A DNA stretch of 64,000 nucleotides from Silvibacterium sp. (GTDB lineage Bacteria; Acidobacteriota; Terriglobia; Terriglobales; Acidobacteriaceae), in the NCBI GenBank assembly GCA_049799415.1, contig JBARHV010000127.1, positions 5,031-69,030 of the forward strand, given 5' to 3'. Position numbers and translations under genes: made by a program. The notes beneath the pieces are model-generated. The model did no database searches. It was given only the letters and a program-made list of their open reading frames with translations, and was not told where the DNA came from. Shown one piece after another: positions 49,198-58,580 of the stretch; position 1 is the first letter of the stretch, and the number at the start of each line of letters is the position of its first letter.

Positions 49198-50703
49198 TCA
49201 ATTGGCAGGCTGACCCAGGGCTGCACTTCGTTTGGCTGATACTCCTGCAAGGTATGCGGCCGCATCTGAGCGGGTCTTCAGTGCCGCCACTTTCGCGATT
49301 ATCCTGTCACGGTCTTCTGGTGGAGAGAGTTCAAGATCCTGCCGCATTGCGGCCCCAATGACGACAGGAAGGCTTCCATCGTTGACAGAATCACGTGGTC
49401 TGGATGGGGTTGATTGAGTGTAGCTCGCAGCGGACGCTGTTGTGGCCGCGAGTAGTTCAGTTGCCGGGGAACTCGCTGGAGATGGCAGGGCGGTCGGAGA
49501 ATCACTACGCGCGGCATCAAGTGAAAACAGCGGAAGCAAAGTATTTGCTGCAGCATCGCGCTTTGTCAAAGGGGTCATTCCAAACAGTTTTTCGACAGTG
49601 GCCGGGATTGAAGAATGATCGTAAAGACGATGGTCGACAGTGTTCTTGGGAATCCAAGGGGAGATGACGACCGCGGGAACCCGCGGTCCGTATTGCTCAA
49701 ACGTAAAGCCATACTGGTTATGACTGTCCGTCGGGGTAGTATCTCCCGGCGCAATGGCCGCCGGAGGGATGGCATGATCGTAAAAGCCTCCGTGCTCGTC
49801 CCAGGTAATGATGAGAACGCTACTATTCCAAACGGCTGAATTGCGGATAGCTTCATATGTTGATTTGATCAGACCTTCGCCGAGCCTGACATCATCGAGC
49901 GGATGCTCCGATGTGCTGCCTTTATAGTCGTTGAGAAGACAGTAGCTCGGTTCGATGAAGACGTAGTTGTAGGGGAACGGCGACTGCAGGTCAGCCGCGA
50001 AGTGTTCGTATTTCCGGATGTCGTCGAGGCGAATACCCTTTAACGCAGCCATCATAGGGAAGAGATCGCCCGCGTAGAGACGTCGTTGCAATCCCTTGGC
50101 GCTGATGCGGTCGAAGATGTCCCCGTTAGGGAAGGTAAAAGGCGCTACGGCCTCCCACATGGCTATTTCTCCAGTGGTTGGGCTGTGATCGAGTCCACCA
50201 GACGATGCCGCATGGACGAACATCCTGTTGGGCCAGGTGGGGCCGGGCATGGAGGCATGCCATTGGTCGCAAACCGCAAACTCCTGTGCGAGAGCGTTGA
50301 GAACGGTGAGCTGACCGGGAGAGTAGCACTTCAATATTTCCCCTACATCTCTCGTCTGGTTCGCCTTGAGACAGACCGCAGCATAAGAGGCGACGTAGCC
50401 GGAACCATCAATGGGGGGATAGGCGCCTCCAGAGATGTACTTGGCGGTGGGATCGCACAATTGGCAGAGCACATCTGGGAATTCATGCCCTGGATCGACC
50501 ACCATTGCATAATCCGCAGGTTGGGAAACAGTCGAGGTTACGCCCTGGTAGGAGTTCGTTTCAGTCCCCAACAATCCGTTCACAGTTGTTTGGAGGCCAG
50601 AGCTGGCGTCGGTTCCCGAGATGCCGGAAAATCCAAGTAGGTGGTCAAATGAACGATTCTCAAGCATCAAGACGAAGACATGCTGGATCTGATCGAATGC
50701 CAT
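49198..50703 (-). CDS. Phosphoesterase / non-specific phospholipase C family enzyme
   Basis: ENRSFDH, PGPTWPNR, DEHGGFYDH, GPRVP; no signal peptide. Confidence 0.92.
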   Translation of the reverse strand: MAFDQIQHVFVLMLENRSFDHLLGFSGISGTDASSGLQTTVNGLLGTETNSYQGVTSTVSQPADYAMVVDPGHEFPDVLCQLCDPTAKYISGGAYPPIDGSGYVASYAAVCLKANQTRDVGEILKCYSPGQLTVLNALAQEFAVCDQWHASMPGPTWPNRMFVHAASSGGLDHSPTTGEIAMWEAVAPFTFPNGDIFDRISAKGLQRRLYAGDLFPMMAALKGIRLDDIRKYEHFAADLQSPFPYNYVFIEPSYCLLNDYKGSTSEHPLDDVRLGEGLIKSTYEAIRNSAVWNSSVLIITWDEHGGFYDHAIPPAAIAPGDTTPTDSHNQYGFTFEQYGPRVPAVVISPWIPKNTVDHRLYDHSSIPATVEKLFGMTPLTKRDAAANTLLPLFSLDAARSDSPTALPSPASSPATELLAATTASAASYTQSTPSRPRDSVNDGSLPVVIGAAMRQDLELSPPEDRDRIIAKVAALKTRSDAAAYLAGVSAKRSAALGQPAN

Positions 50704-50965
50704 TGCTCACCTCTTACGGTCGAACCAGGTGGATTCCGGAAGCCCTGCCCCGCATCAATATAGGCTCTTTTCCTAATCGTCAGTGCCAACTATGCAAATA
50801 GGTCGTCAATTGATGCTTACAGGCCAGTGCGCTCATTGAGAATCTTCAACTTCACTCAGGTCGGTCAACAGATGCGCGCTTGCCGTTACTCATACACCTG
50901 GGCGGCTGAGGGGGCAACGAACTCTTCGTCCGAATGAGTGAACCGGCGGGATTCGGTCGGCCTAG

Positions 50966-51376
50966 CTAGCGCTTCTTGAAACGATCCCAAAACCACTTTC
51001 TTTTAGGTGGATGTGTCAACTCAGTTGTTCGCATCTCGAAGTGCCCCTCGCGCGCATTTCGGTCTCGGAAGCGGCCCCATTCGATCTCTTCCTTGCTCAT
51101 CTCATCATCCCAAACGACAGTGTCGTGGCGAACAAAATAGTGAGAACGGCATGGGAAACTCCAGCTACCAATCGAAGGAGACAATGTCACCGACTCACCG
51201 TCGAAGGTCAGTTTCCAACCAACGGGGCTTATCGGTGTCACCACCTTCAAGCCGCACCCGCAAAAACAGTTGTGAACGGCTGTAGCGAAAGGAATCGATA
51301 TATACAAGATCCCATCGTGTCGTTCCTTGGGAATGAATTCTACGAACTCATGCTTGATCTTGACGTCGGATTTCAT
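50966..51376 (-). CDS. DUF6527-like Cys/His metal-binding protein
   Basis: HNCFCGCG, WKL, TLSPSIG, CRSHYF; ATGA overlap with the E2-E1 gene. Confidence 0.85.
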   Translation of the reverse strand: MKSDVKIKHEFVEFIPKERHDGILYISIPFATAVHNCFCGCGLKVVTPISPVGWKLTFDGESVTLSPSIGSWSFPCRSHYFVRHDTVVWDDEMSKEEIEWGRFRDRNAREGHFEMRTTELTHPPKRKWFWDRFKKR

Positions 51377-52554
51377 TCTTTGTCCTCATTGATGATCTCG
51401 TTGCCTGCGATCACGAAGACGCTGAAGTACTCGTTCCCGTCGTCCGCGTAGAACCCGAACAACTTCTTCCACTTCATCACAGCAAGGGCGGCGTTAAGAG
51501 CGTTCAGCTCGACAACTTGAATGTTCTTGTCGTACTCGTTGACCTCCTCCGTCGTCGTGAAGGCGATGCGGTTCTTCTCGTGAACATGACTACGTTTCGT
51601 TGGCGTACTCGTAGTGGTGCGAATCTGACCGCGCAGGCGATCGCCATTCATCGTGATCCCCATACCGACGTCCACGAATGGAATTCCAAGAGCCTCCATC
51701 TTCTCGACGATTGGCTTCTTTCCCTTGCCCTCCATGCAGAGAAACACGAAATCAAGACCTTCCAACTCCTGCAGAGTGGCTTGCCCCATCGGATTCGGAT
51801 GCACCACAATTCCGCGGCGCATCTTCCCGTAAGTCTGGGCGTGGAATTCTACTTTCGTTAGTCGTTGTTCAAGCTCCTTGCCGGATGCGGCTCCAGGCGC
51901 GCGGAACGCATTGTGCTGGTCGAACGTATCGCCGTCGAAAAGATGGATCTCTTTTGCCGGCGTCTTCGCGACGAAGTCAAGGACGTAGGATCCTGTACCT
52001 CCAAGCCCGACGATTCCAATTCGCAGAGACTTTAGCTTGTCATTCATAGCCACGATCTCAGCCCGACTGCTCGCTGTGTCCTCATAGAGGAACACTGAAT
52101 CTTCTGGATCAGGTGGCCTAGGCTTAAAAGTCTGCGCCGTCACACCAGGATCGATCGCTTGGGCCGGACCAGAGATCTTGTTCGCGTACTGGGTCATCTT
52201 GTGGTGGAAGTCATCGTACTTGCCCGCTGGAGACGGCTTGCACGAGAAATTCCACTTTACTTGGTGCCCTGCGATCACCATGGGTAAGGGCGTCTGTCCA
52301 AGGCCCTGCATGACGCTGCCGTCCTCATTACAAGGGGGCTCCCCGGCCCATTTGGCTTGGTGGTCGCTGGGCGGCTGCGCGGCGTCGTTCACGAGGTCAA
52401 GCGGAGCCATAAGGACACCCCGCTTGACCTCACGCGTCGCGGTCACGTAGGGCACGTCGTGCATCAGGAGGTACCCGTCAGCCACGTCGATGTCGAACCC
52501 CTCGTCGCGCAGCTTCTTGAGTAACGGACTACGATCGATCGGTCGGCGTGACAT
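51373..52554 (-). CDS. E2-like (DUF6791-type) domain fused to ThiF/E1-like adenylyltransferase
   Basis: N-terminal DVPYV, GEPPC, FSCKP; C-terminal GLGGTGS, FDGD, HNAFR, DVGMG, ELNALNA. Confidence 0.88.
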   Translation of the reverse strand: MSRRPIDRSPLLKKLRDEGFDIDVADGYLLMHDVPYVTATREVKRGVLMAPLDLVNDAAQPPSDHQAKWAGEPPCNEDGSVMQGLGQTPLPMVIAGHQVKWNFSCKPSPAGKYDDFHHKMTQYANKISGPAQAIDPGVTAQTFKPRPPDPEDSVFLYEDTASSRAEIVAMNDKLKSLRIGIVGLGGTGSYVLDFVAKTPAKEIHLFDGDTFDQHNAFRAPGAASGKELEQRLTKVEFHAQTYGKMRRGIVVHPNPMGQATLQELEGLDFVFLCMEGKGKKPIVEKMEALGIPFVDVGMGITMNGDRLRGQIRTTTSTPTKRSHVHEKNRIAFTTTEEVNEYDKNIQVVELNALNAALAVMKWKKLFGFYADDGNEYFSVFVIAGNEIINEDKE

Positions 52555-53041
52555 CGAAAATCATCCTGTTCTGAATTTTGACGGAGTGATGGGCGGTTAG
52601 CGATCCCTTGGGGTTCGCAGGCGGTCCGTTGCGATAGATGACGGTGAATTCGATGCAGACCCCGGCCGGCGTAACCGGATACGCGATCTTCACCACGGCC
52701 TCAAAGGAAAGATGAATTTCAGTCTCTTCGTGAGGTTCGCCGTTCACGAAAATGGTTACTGCCTTTTGGCTGTAAAAGTGCTCGTCCTGCTGCAGATGGA
52801 TAACCGTCGCGTCACGCGGCACCTCACGATCCTCATGGTCTCCGCCGACCTCTTGGAAGAGTTCACTATGATGCGCGATGTGGGCCAACTCATAGAGAGC
52901 CTCACCTGTCGTCGGGTTCCAAGACTCGTAGGCTTCGCGGTCGATGTGAATGCGGACCGTGTGCCCCTTATGGAGGGATCCTTCGACTGGCAAGGGACCC
53001 GCCTCTGGCGCTTTCTTGCTAAATTGTTCATTTTCCATCAT
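52529..53041 (-). CDS. Multi-ubiquitin domain protein (two beta-grasp domains)
   Basis: IHIDR..TG..L domain, then IFVNG..LSF..VV..TVIY..G.L..SVKI..M.FDVT.TDRS; overlaps the E2-E1 start. Confidence 0.82.
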   Translation of the reverse strand: MMENEQFSKKAPEAGPLPVEGSLHKGHTVRIHIDREAYESWNPTTGEALYELAHIAHHSELFQEVGGDHEDREVPRDATVIHLQQDEHFYSQKAVTIFVNGEPHEETEIHLSFEAVVKIAYPVTPAGVCIEFTVIYRNGPPANPKGSLTAHHSVKIQNRMIFDVTPTDRS

Positions 53042-53148
53042 TTATATCTCCTTATTCCGCTTGGACCGGGGTCGTATATCCCGTCCACACTTATAAAGCG
53101 GGTGAGCCCACTCTTTTTCGCCGTCCGATCAGAAAGTTTTTGCGGCGG

Positions 53149-53895
53149 ATGTCCTATACTCGGCTCAACAGCCTGGACAACATCACGTCCGCGTCGCTCT
53201 GCTCACTCGATAGAGCGGACGAGCGTGTATTTTTTCGTCGTGGCTCGGCCAAAAACGATGAGGTCATCCGCTTGATGAGTAGGGATCGAGTGACCAAGCT
53301 TCCGAGAAACGCTATCGACTACAACCGCCTTTTCCAGCGGCTGGTCATTCATGCCTGCTTTTTCATGAAAATCTTCAGAGATCACGCGGACCTGATTGTC
53401 GTCGACGGCGTCGGTAAATCCCCGACCGATTTCGCTGCCGACACCTTGATCCTGTTCCTGGATGAAAAGGTTTCGTGTGATGGCGATGAAGACGCGGTGC
53501 TTGCCTGTTTGAAGCGCGTCATGGAACACGACATTCTGGACGCACGCCGTTCCGCGGCTGCAAAAACAACGAAGAAGGTGTCGCCTGTCTCGGGGGAGAT
53601 AAACGATGACGGAGAAACCTTGGAGGGGCTGGACGACTATCCGAGCCGAGACGCGGTTGACTTGAGCGGGGAGGGAGCCGAGTTCAAAGGGAGGCTCTAT
53701 GAGCTCATCGAGCAGACTGATCCTGAACTCTACGAACTCGTCTACGCCATTTTTGAAGAAAATGCATTAACGCCACGCGCTATCGCTGAGGTGATCGGAA
53801 CAACGCCTGCCGATGTCCAAAACAGGAAAAAGCGGCTCCGTACCTTCTTGGCGAAGCATAACATCATGAAAGCCCCGGTGAGCGTACCCCGATGA
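53149..53895 (+). CDS. Sigma-70/ECF-like protein; start uncertain
   Basis: Region-2-like SPTDFAADTLILFL...VMEHDILDARR; region-4 HTH TPRAIAEVIGTTPADVQNRKKRLR. Confidence 0.65.
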   Translation: MSYTRLNSLDNITSASLCSLDRADERVFFRRGSAKNDEVIRLMSRDRVTKLPRNAIDYNRLFQRLVIHACFFMKIFRDHADLIVVDGVGKSPTDFAADTLILFLDEKVSCDGDEDAVLACLKRVMEHDILDARRSAAAKTTKKVSPVSGEINDDGETLEGLDDYPSRDAVDLSGEGAEFKGRLYELIEQTDPELYELVYAIFEENALTPRAIAEVIGTTPADVQNRKKRLRTFLAKHNIMKAPVSVPR

Positions 53896-54350
53896 AGATG
53901 CCTAACAAGATATTCGAGAAAGACAAAGTGTTTCTGGATCAGATCGACGCCCTTTTGGGATCCCCTGAAGCGTCGGAGGACCTAGCCTCAGAACTAGTGC
54001 AGTTCGATCTGGATCCCGATGAACTTCGAAAAGTGGCATTTCAACGAATCCGTGGGTTCGCCACTCAGCAGTACTCGTCGCGAGGCAACGACCTGCCGAT
54101 CCGAATGAGTGACGCGCTGTCCCAGTTGCGACCGCCGACGCCAATCGAGGAGCGATCGTTTAAGGAGGAAAGCGCCAAATCACGTGTGCAAGGCATCTTG
54201 GCCGCAATCAAGAATGCCGGTAACACCTTCTCGGCACCAGGAAGCTTCGCGCCAGCATATAGAAATAAAGAAGACGAGACACCTGAATCGGATAGAAAGC
54301 TTTTGGAAGGCCAACAGAAGCAGTTGGATGGCGAAGGTGATGACCAATAG
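53892..54350 (+). CDS. Hypothetical helical protein, candidate anti-sigma factor and peptidase substrate
   Basis: Overlaps both neighbours; AYRN motif followed by an acidic tail. Confidence 0.6.
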   Translation: MKMPNKIFEKDKVFLDQIDALLGSPEASEDLASELVQFDLDPDELRKVAFQRIRGFATQQYSSRGNDLPIRMSDALSQLRPPTPIEERSFKEESAKSRVQGILAAIKNAGNTFSAPGSFAPAYRNKEDETPESDRKLLEGQQKQLDGEGDDQ

Positions 54351-55203
54351 CGCACCAAGCGAGGAAGCAATGATTGCCGCGGCATTGCGCGCGGAACTTG
54401 GCGTTGCGCCGAAGGTGGACCTTGAGGACCTTGCTGCAAAGTTACGTCTGGCCATAGTTGACGTCGATTCTCAGTCGTTTGAGGGGGCTTTGCTGCGGAG
54501 TTCGCGAGGTCTTTCCGGGCGCATTCTGGTGCGCAGGGGAATTCGGGAATTAGGGCGCCGCCGCTTTACGATAGCTCACGAAATCGGCCACTTCATTCTT
54601 CACGGGAATCAGCAGATCCCTTGTTCCCCCCGCGTAATCGAAGGCTGGAAAGAGGGTCAGCCTGCCCCCGAGCGCGAAGCGGACCTGTTCGCCTCGGAGC
54701 TCTTGCTTCCGGCAAACGACGTGGTCGAACGAGTTAACAAACGTTGGCCAGCTATGGAGGTGGTCGGTGACGTTGCCGAGCATTTTGGATCCAGTTTAAT
54801 GGCGGCCGGAAGAAGATTCTGCGATGTCGCTCCGCAACCATGTGCGGTCGTCTGGAGCAGTCAACGCCGGATCAAGTGGTTCCACGGATCTCCTACCTTC
54901 ACACACTTCGTTGACGTGGGAAAGGAGATCGGTTTCGACAGCGTTGCCTATCGCGCGTATGAAGGACGCCCCCTTCCGACAGGAATGGAAGAAGTCCCCG
55001 CAGAGGCTTGGATCAAGAGTTCTTGGCTGAAAAACGATGCTGTCGTGTCTGAACAGACCATTGCGATGCCCTCCTATGAGGGCTGCCTCACATTGATCTG
55101 GATACGTCGCTCCATCGAGGAGCGTCCAACTCCAGAGGATGAACTTCTCCGCGAACTCTCTCCCACCGATTTCACAATTAATCGCGAGCGCTGGCCGACA
55201 TGA
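54340..55203 (+). CDS. ImmA/IrrE family zinc metallopeptidase (peptidase M78)
   Basis: RRRFTIAHEIGHFILH (HExxH), EREADLFASELLLP, HTH, and a GAF-like C-terminus (CAVVWS...LTLIW). Confidence 0.92.
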   Translation: MTNSAPSEEAMIAAALRAELGVAPKVDLEDLAAKLRLAIVDVDSQSFEGALLRSSRGLSGRILVRRGIRELGRRRFTIAHEIGHFILHGNQQIPCSPRVIEGWKEGQPAPEREADLFASELLLPANDVVERVNKRWPAMEVVGDVAEHFGSSLMAAGRRFCDVAPQPCAVVWSSQRRIKWFHGSPTFTHFVDVGKEIGFDSVAYRAYEGRPLPTGMEEVPAEAWIKSSWLKNDAVVSEQTIAMPSYEGCLTLIWIRRSIEERPTPEDELLRELSPTDFTINRERWPT

Positions 55204-55234
55204 AATAGCGGCATCGACCAGAGATGCTATTCAA

Positions 55235-55506
55235 CTCTCGCCCTAGACTGCAGCAAAAACAACAATCACATCCGCCGACGTTCATATCACTACCGAGAAA
55301 TGGGATGAGCAGGTTCTCAAAAGAGAAGACTGTTCCCATGAAGAAGACAGCACAGCACCTCAGTGCGGAAGTTCCGACGCAGACGGCCTCAGTTTGCCAT
55401 TACGATCGGCATCGATCTCGGGAATGTTTGGAGCCACTACTGCACGCTTAACCAGGATGGTGAAATGGTCGATCGTGGCCGCTTCCGGACGGCTTCTCGG
55501 AAGTAA
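55235..55506 (+). pseudogene. IS110-family transposase 5' remnant with upstream non-coding end
   Basis: ATG at 55338, frameshift, then ITIGIDLGNVWSHYCTLNQDGEMVDRGRFRT (DEDD N-terminal GIDL motif); stop at 55504-55506; left limit approximate. Confidence 0.75.
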
Positions 55507-55694
55507 TCCGGCACTCGATGAGTGCATTGGCGATAATGCGCTCGGACAGAACCGAATCTAACCAAACGAGTTTACCAAAAATCGCTTGCGCAACCGACAT
55601 TCATCGGTACGAACGCCAAGGGAATGAAAACCAACTTTTCCCATGGGCCGGAAAGTTCCAGCGTTCATAGAAAATATGATGAACCGTGCGCCCA

Positions 55695-57083
55695 TCAGAA
55701 CAGAGAGGGACGCGAAGAGCCTCCAAGCAGGGATGGGCTCACATTGGCAATGGTGTGCGGACCCTCAGGGCCACTCCAGGCAAAGGCAAGCGAAAGAGCC
55801 GGCAGACCGCCTGCGCGCAGCGTCACGCCAGCTGAGAAGCTGTGGGCGAGATGATTGAACGAAATATCGCCACGAGAAAGAGCGACCTTCCCTTGGTCGG
55901 CCGAGAAGATGAAGCCCATTGGCCCCCAGATGGAGTGCTCAAAACCTTCTCGCAGCAGGAGGGCGTTGGGTGCCCGAAAGCGATAGTCGTTGTAGCTCGG
56001 GAGCCAGGGGTTGCCATTCACATCGGAGCCGCCAAGGGTTGGCTGAAAGTAAAATGGAACAACGCGGCCCGAGGAAGCAATGGACTCTGTGATGAGCAGG
56101 CGGAATTCCACTGACCCTTCGCGGTTGCGCTGGATCGCTGTGCACTTCGTGGCTCCCAGCGCTGCAGCGCACTCGTCGGGACCATTGATCGGCTTGGGAC
56201 CGTAAGAACCCGCGTTCCGGTAGAACGGAATGGTGTGGTCCAGGTCCGTGGTAAAGCGGCGGAACGAGTAATGCGTGTCCGAGGGCGCCACGAACTGCTG
56301 AAACTGAGCCAGGTAATCCAGTTGCAGATGATTGTTGAAGAGTGCAGGCTCAATGCGCGCTCCTTCGCCGAGTTGGACAAACGCCGGTTGGCTCGCCAGT
56401 CCGGGGGCCGTGGCTTCTGTGAAAATCTGCTCAATGGAAGGGCTAGATTCGTGATGATTTTCGCGCACATCCACGAAACGCCCATTCACTTCTCCCAGCA
56501 GGGAAACATCCAGGCTGCGCAGCACCGGCACAATGGCATTGCCGCCGGTGATGGTTTGCTGCATGCCGAAAACGGAAGCATTGCTCTGCAGCGAATTCGG
56601 TCCCAAGCCGTAGTAGAACAGCTGGTCCAGCGAGATGGACTGCGCGTAAACATTGAACACCGTGTAGGGATGCACGCTGAGATTCGACCGGGGCGCGGGC
56701 CCTGAAGATGTCGTGATGACGGAGATCTTCTCGATCGGCGTGTGAATGGCCTTGTAATAGAACCCTGCGCGCCACGAGGCGTTATCGGACGCGATCGCGT
56801 CGGCGTCCCAACTGGTTCGCCACAGCTCATTCGGAGTCCAGTGGCCAACATAGGCGCCTCCTGCCCCGAACCCATTCTGTGGAGCGATGCTGCCCACGGC
56901 GATATGCAAAGGATGATCGGTAAACAGGAGTTCAGCACACCCTGGCACTTTCTTCATCGAGAAGTCTTCGCAGCTTTGCTTGAAACGAGTGGCCTCGCCG
57001 CGGAAATCGGCGTGGGTCCGGCTCTCCTGCGCAAAAGACACTGCGGCCGGGAGCAGCAAAAGGGTGACAATGAGTCTTCGCAC
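55695..57083 (-). CDS. Secreted protein, probable outer-membrane beta-barrel (BamA/TamA-like)
   Basis: Signal peptide, amphipathic strands, PFYFQPTLGG...YRFR pattern. Confidence 0.55.
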   Translation of the reverse strand: MRRLIVTLLLLPAAVSFAQESRTHADFRGEATRFKQSCEDFSMKKVPGCAELLFTDHPLHIAVGSIAPQNGFGAGGAYVGHWTPNELWRTSWDADAIASDNASWRAGFYYKAIHTPIEKISVITTSSGPAPRSNLSVHPYTVFNVYAQSISLDQLFYYGLGPNSLQSNASVFGMQQTITGGNAIVPVLRSLDVSLLGEVNGRFVDVRENHHESSPSIEQIFTEATAPGLASQPAFVQLGEGARIEPALFNNHLQLDYLAQFQQFVAPSDTHYSFRRFTTDLDHTIPFYRNAGSYGPKPINGPDECAAALGATKCTAIQRNREGSVEFRLLITESIASSGRVVPFYFQPTLGGSDVNGNPWLPSYNDYRFRAPNALLLREGFEHSIWGPMGFIFSADQGKVALSRGDISFNHLAHSFSAGVTLRAGGLPALSLAFAWSGPEGPHTIANVSPSLLGGSSRPSLF

Positions 57084-57092
57084 TCGTCGCTC

Positions 57093-57371
57093 CTAACTGG
57101 CTTTCTTCGCCCGGGATCTCTTTCGGCGTAGCGGATGAAGAGTCTGTGTCACCTTGGCAATATAGGCTGCAGCTTCAGCTTCGGTGTGAATGTCCTCCGG
57201 ACGCCTTCCGTCCCGTTTGGCTTTGGGAAGCCTGCCGCTCTCGGCATGGTGCATATGCCTTAGTTGAGCCATGATCAGGCACCCGGGAGGTCGGTTGGGA
57301 TTAAACGATCCAGGCGCGGGGTGCGGAACATTCACCACGGTTTTCTCGCCTGCGGGGGAATCGGCACTCAT
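57093..57371 (-). CDS. Hypothetical protein
   Basis: AGGAGG ribosome-binding site; middle gene of a three-gene operon. Confidence 0.55.
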   Translation of the reverse strand: MSADSPAGEKTVVNVPHPAPGSFNPNRPPGCLIMAQLRHMHHAESGRLPKAKRDGRRPEDIHTEAEAAAYIAKVTQTLHPLRRKRSRAKKAS

Positions 57372-57389
57372 TGCATTCGCCTCCTTGCT

Positions 57390-58580
57390 CTACGTATTGA
57401 AGACAACACTATCGGTGCGCATCGTCTCCAGCGACAGCAGGTCCAGAAACGTCTGCGCGCCCTGCTCGCGCACCGTTCCTGTGGTGTTGCTGCCCAGGAA
57501 ATGGTTGGTGACCGTATTCGGAATCGACGCGTGCTCGAAGATCCTGTCGGTACCCACGACGGTTCCCTTTGGAATCCACGGCGAGATAAGGATGGCCGGC
57601 ACGCGAACTCCCAAGCGATTAAAGGCGAAAGTGTAATTCAGCCCCGTGTCGGCAGGGCCGGCGGAGTAGCCGTCCGGCGTGCAATCGGGTGGAGGAACGT
57701 GATCGAAGATGCCACCGTGTTCGTCATACACCACCAGCAACACAGTGCTCGCCCACAACGTGGGGTTTGCCTGGATCGCGTTATAGACAGACGCGATGTA
57801 AAGCTCGCCTGCCTGGACGTTATGGTCCGGGTGCTGGTCGGATGCAATTTGCTCGCCATCGTCGTTGTCGTGATCGGAATAGTTCGGCTCGACGAAGCTG
57901 TAATCGGACAAGCTTCCGGATTTGCAGTCAGCGAGGAACTGGTCGTAGGTTGCGAATAGTTCCGGTTGGTGTTGCAGCAGGTTCACCACCTCCAGCGACG
58001 AACTCTGCTGGTCAAAGTAATAGAGCTTCGCGGTGTGACCAGCATCCTGAAGGCGTTCATAGATGCTCTTGCCTTGCGGATAAAAGACATTCATTCCCAC
58101 CTGTCCGAATGAGGTGCCATATTGCGCAAAGGCGCGGTTGCAGAGCGTCGGGCCCGGAATGGAAGCAAACCATCGGTTGAAGACGGCGAAATTTGTCGCC
58201 AGGGAAGTTAGTACGAGCAGCTTGTCCGGGGTGAAGTAGTACATGATCTTTTGTGAGTGAGCAAGGTCCTGCTGCTGTTGGTAATAGTTCTGAACAAAGC
58301 CCTGCATGGTAGCCACGCGCGTGGCACTCTGATCGCCGGCAAAAATTTGCTGGTCTACAGCCGGAAAGGCATGATCGGGGTCAGGATCAAGCTGGCTCTG
58401 AAATTCGGCGAGCGGCTGCACAAGTACCTTGTTTCCCTGCGTGTCGGGGTTCGACTGTGTACCGTCGACTCCATCAATCAGCGGGTTCGTCGCCTTCAAC
58501 GAACCCAGCATGTGGTCAAAGGAACGGTTCTCCATCATGAGCACGACAATGTGCTTTAATGCGTCGAGACCTGGAGGCAT
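57390..58580 (-). CDS. Second phosphoesterase / phospholipase C family enzyme
   Basis: ENRSFDH, PGPTLCNR, DEHGGIFDH, LGVRVP; no signal peptide. Confidence 0.92.
   Translation of the reverse strand: MPPGLDALKHIVVLMMENRSFDHMLGSLKATNPLIDGVDGTQSNPDTQGNKVLVQPLAEFQSQLDPDPDHAFPAVDQQIFAGDQSATRVATMQGFVQNYYQQQQDLAHSQKIMYYFTPDKLLVLTSLATNFAVFNRWFASIPGPTLCNRAFAQYGTSFGQVGMNVFYPQGKSIYERLQDAGHTAKLYYFDQQSSSLEVVNLLQHQPELFATYDQFLADCKSGSLSDYSFVEPNYSDHDNDDGEQIASDQHPDHNVQAGELYIASVYNAIQANPTLWASTVLLVVYDEHGGIFDHVPPPDCTPDGYSAGPADTGLNYTFAFNRLGVRVPAILISPWIPKGTVVGTDRIFEHASIPNTVTNHFLGSNTTGTVREQGAQTFLDLLSLETMRTDSVVFNT

Noticed and set aside
50966..55203. CBASS or canonical Bil system
   Set aside because: No CD-NTase, JAB peptidase or known effector gene in the block.
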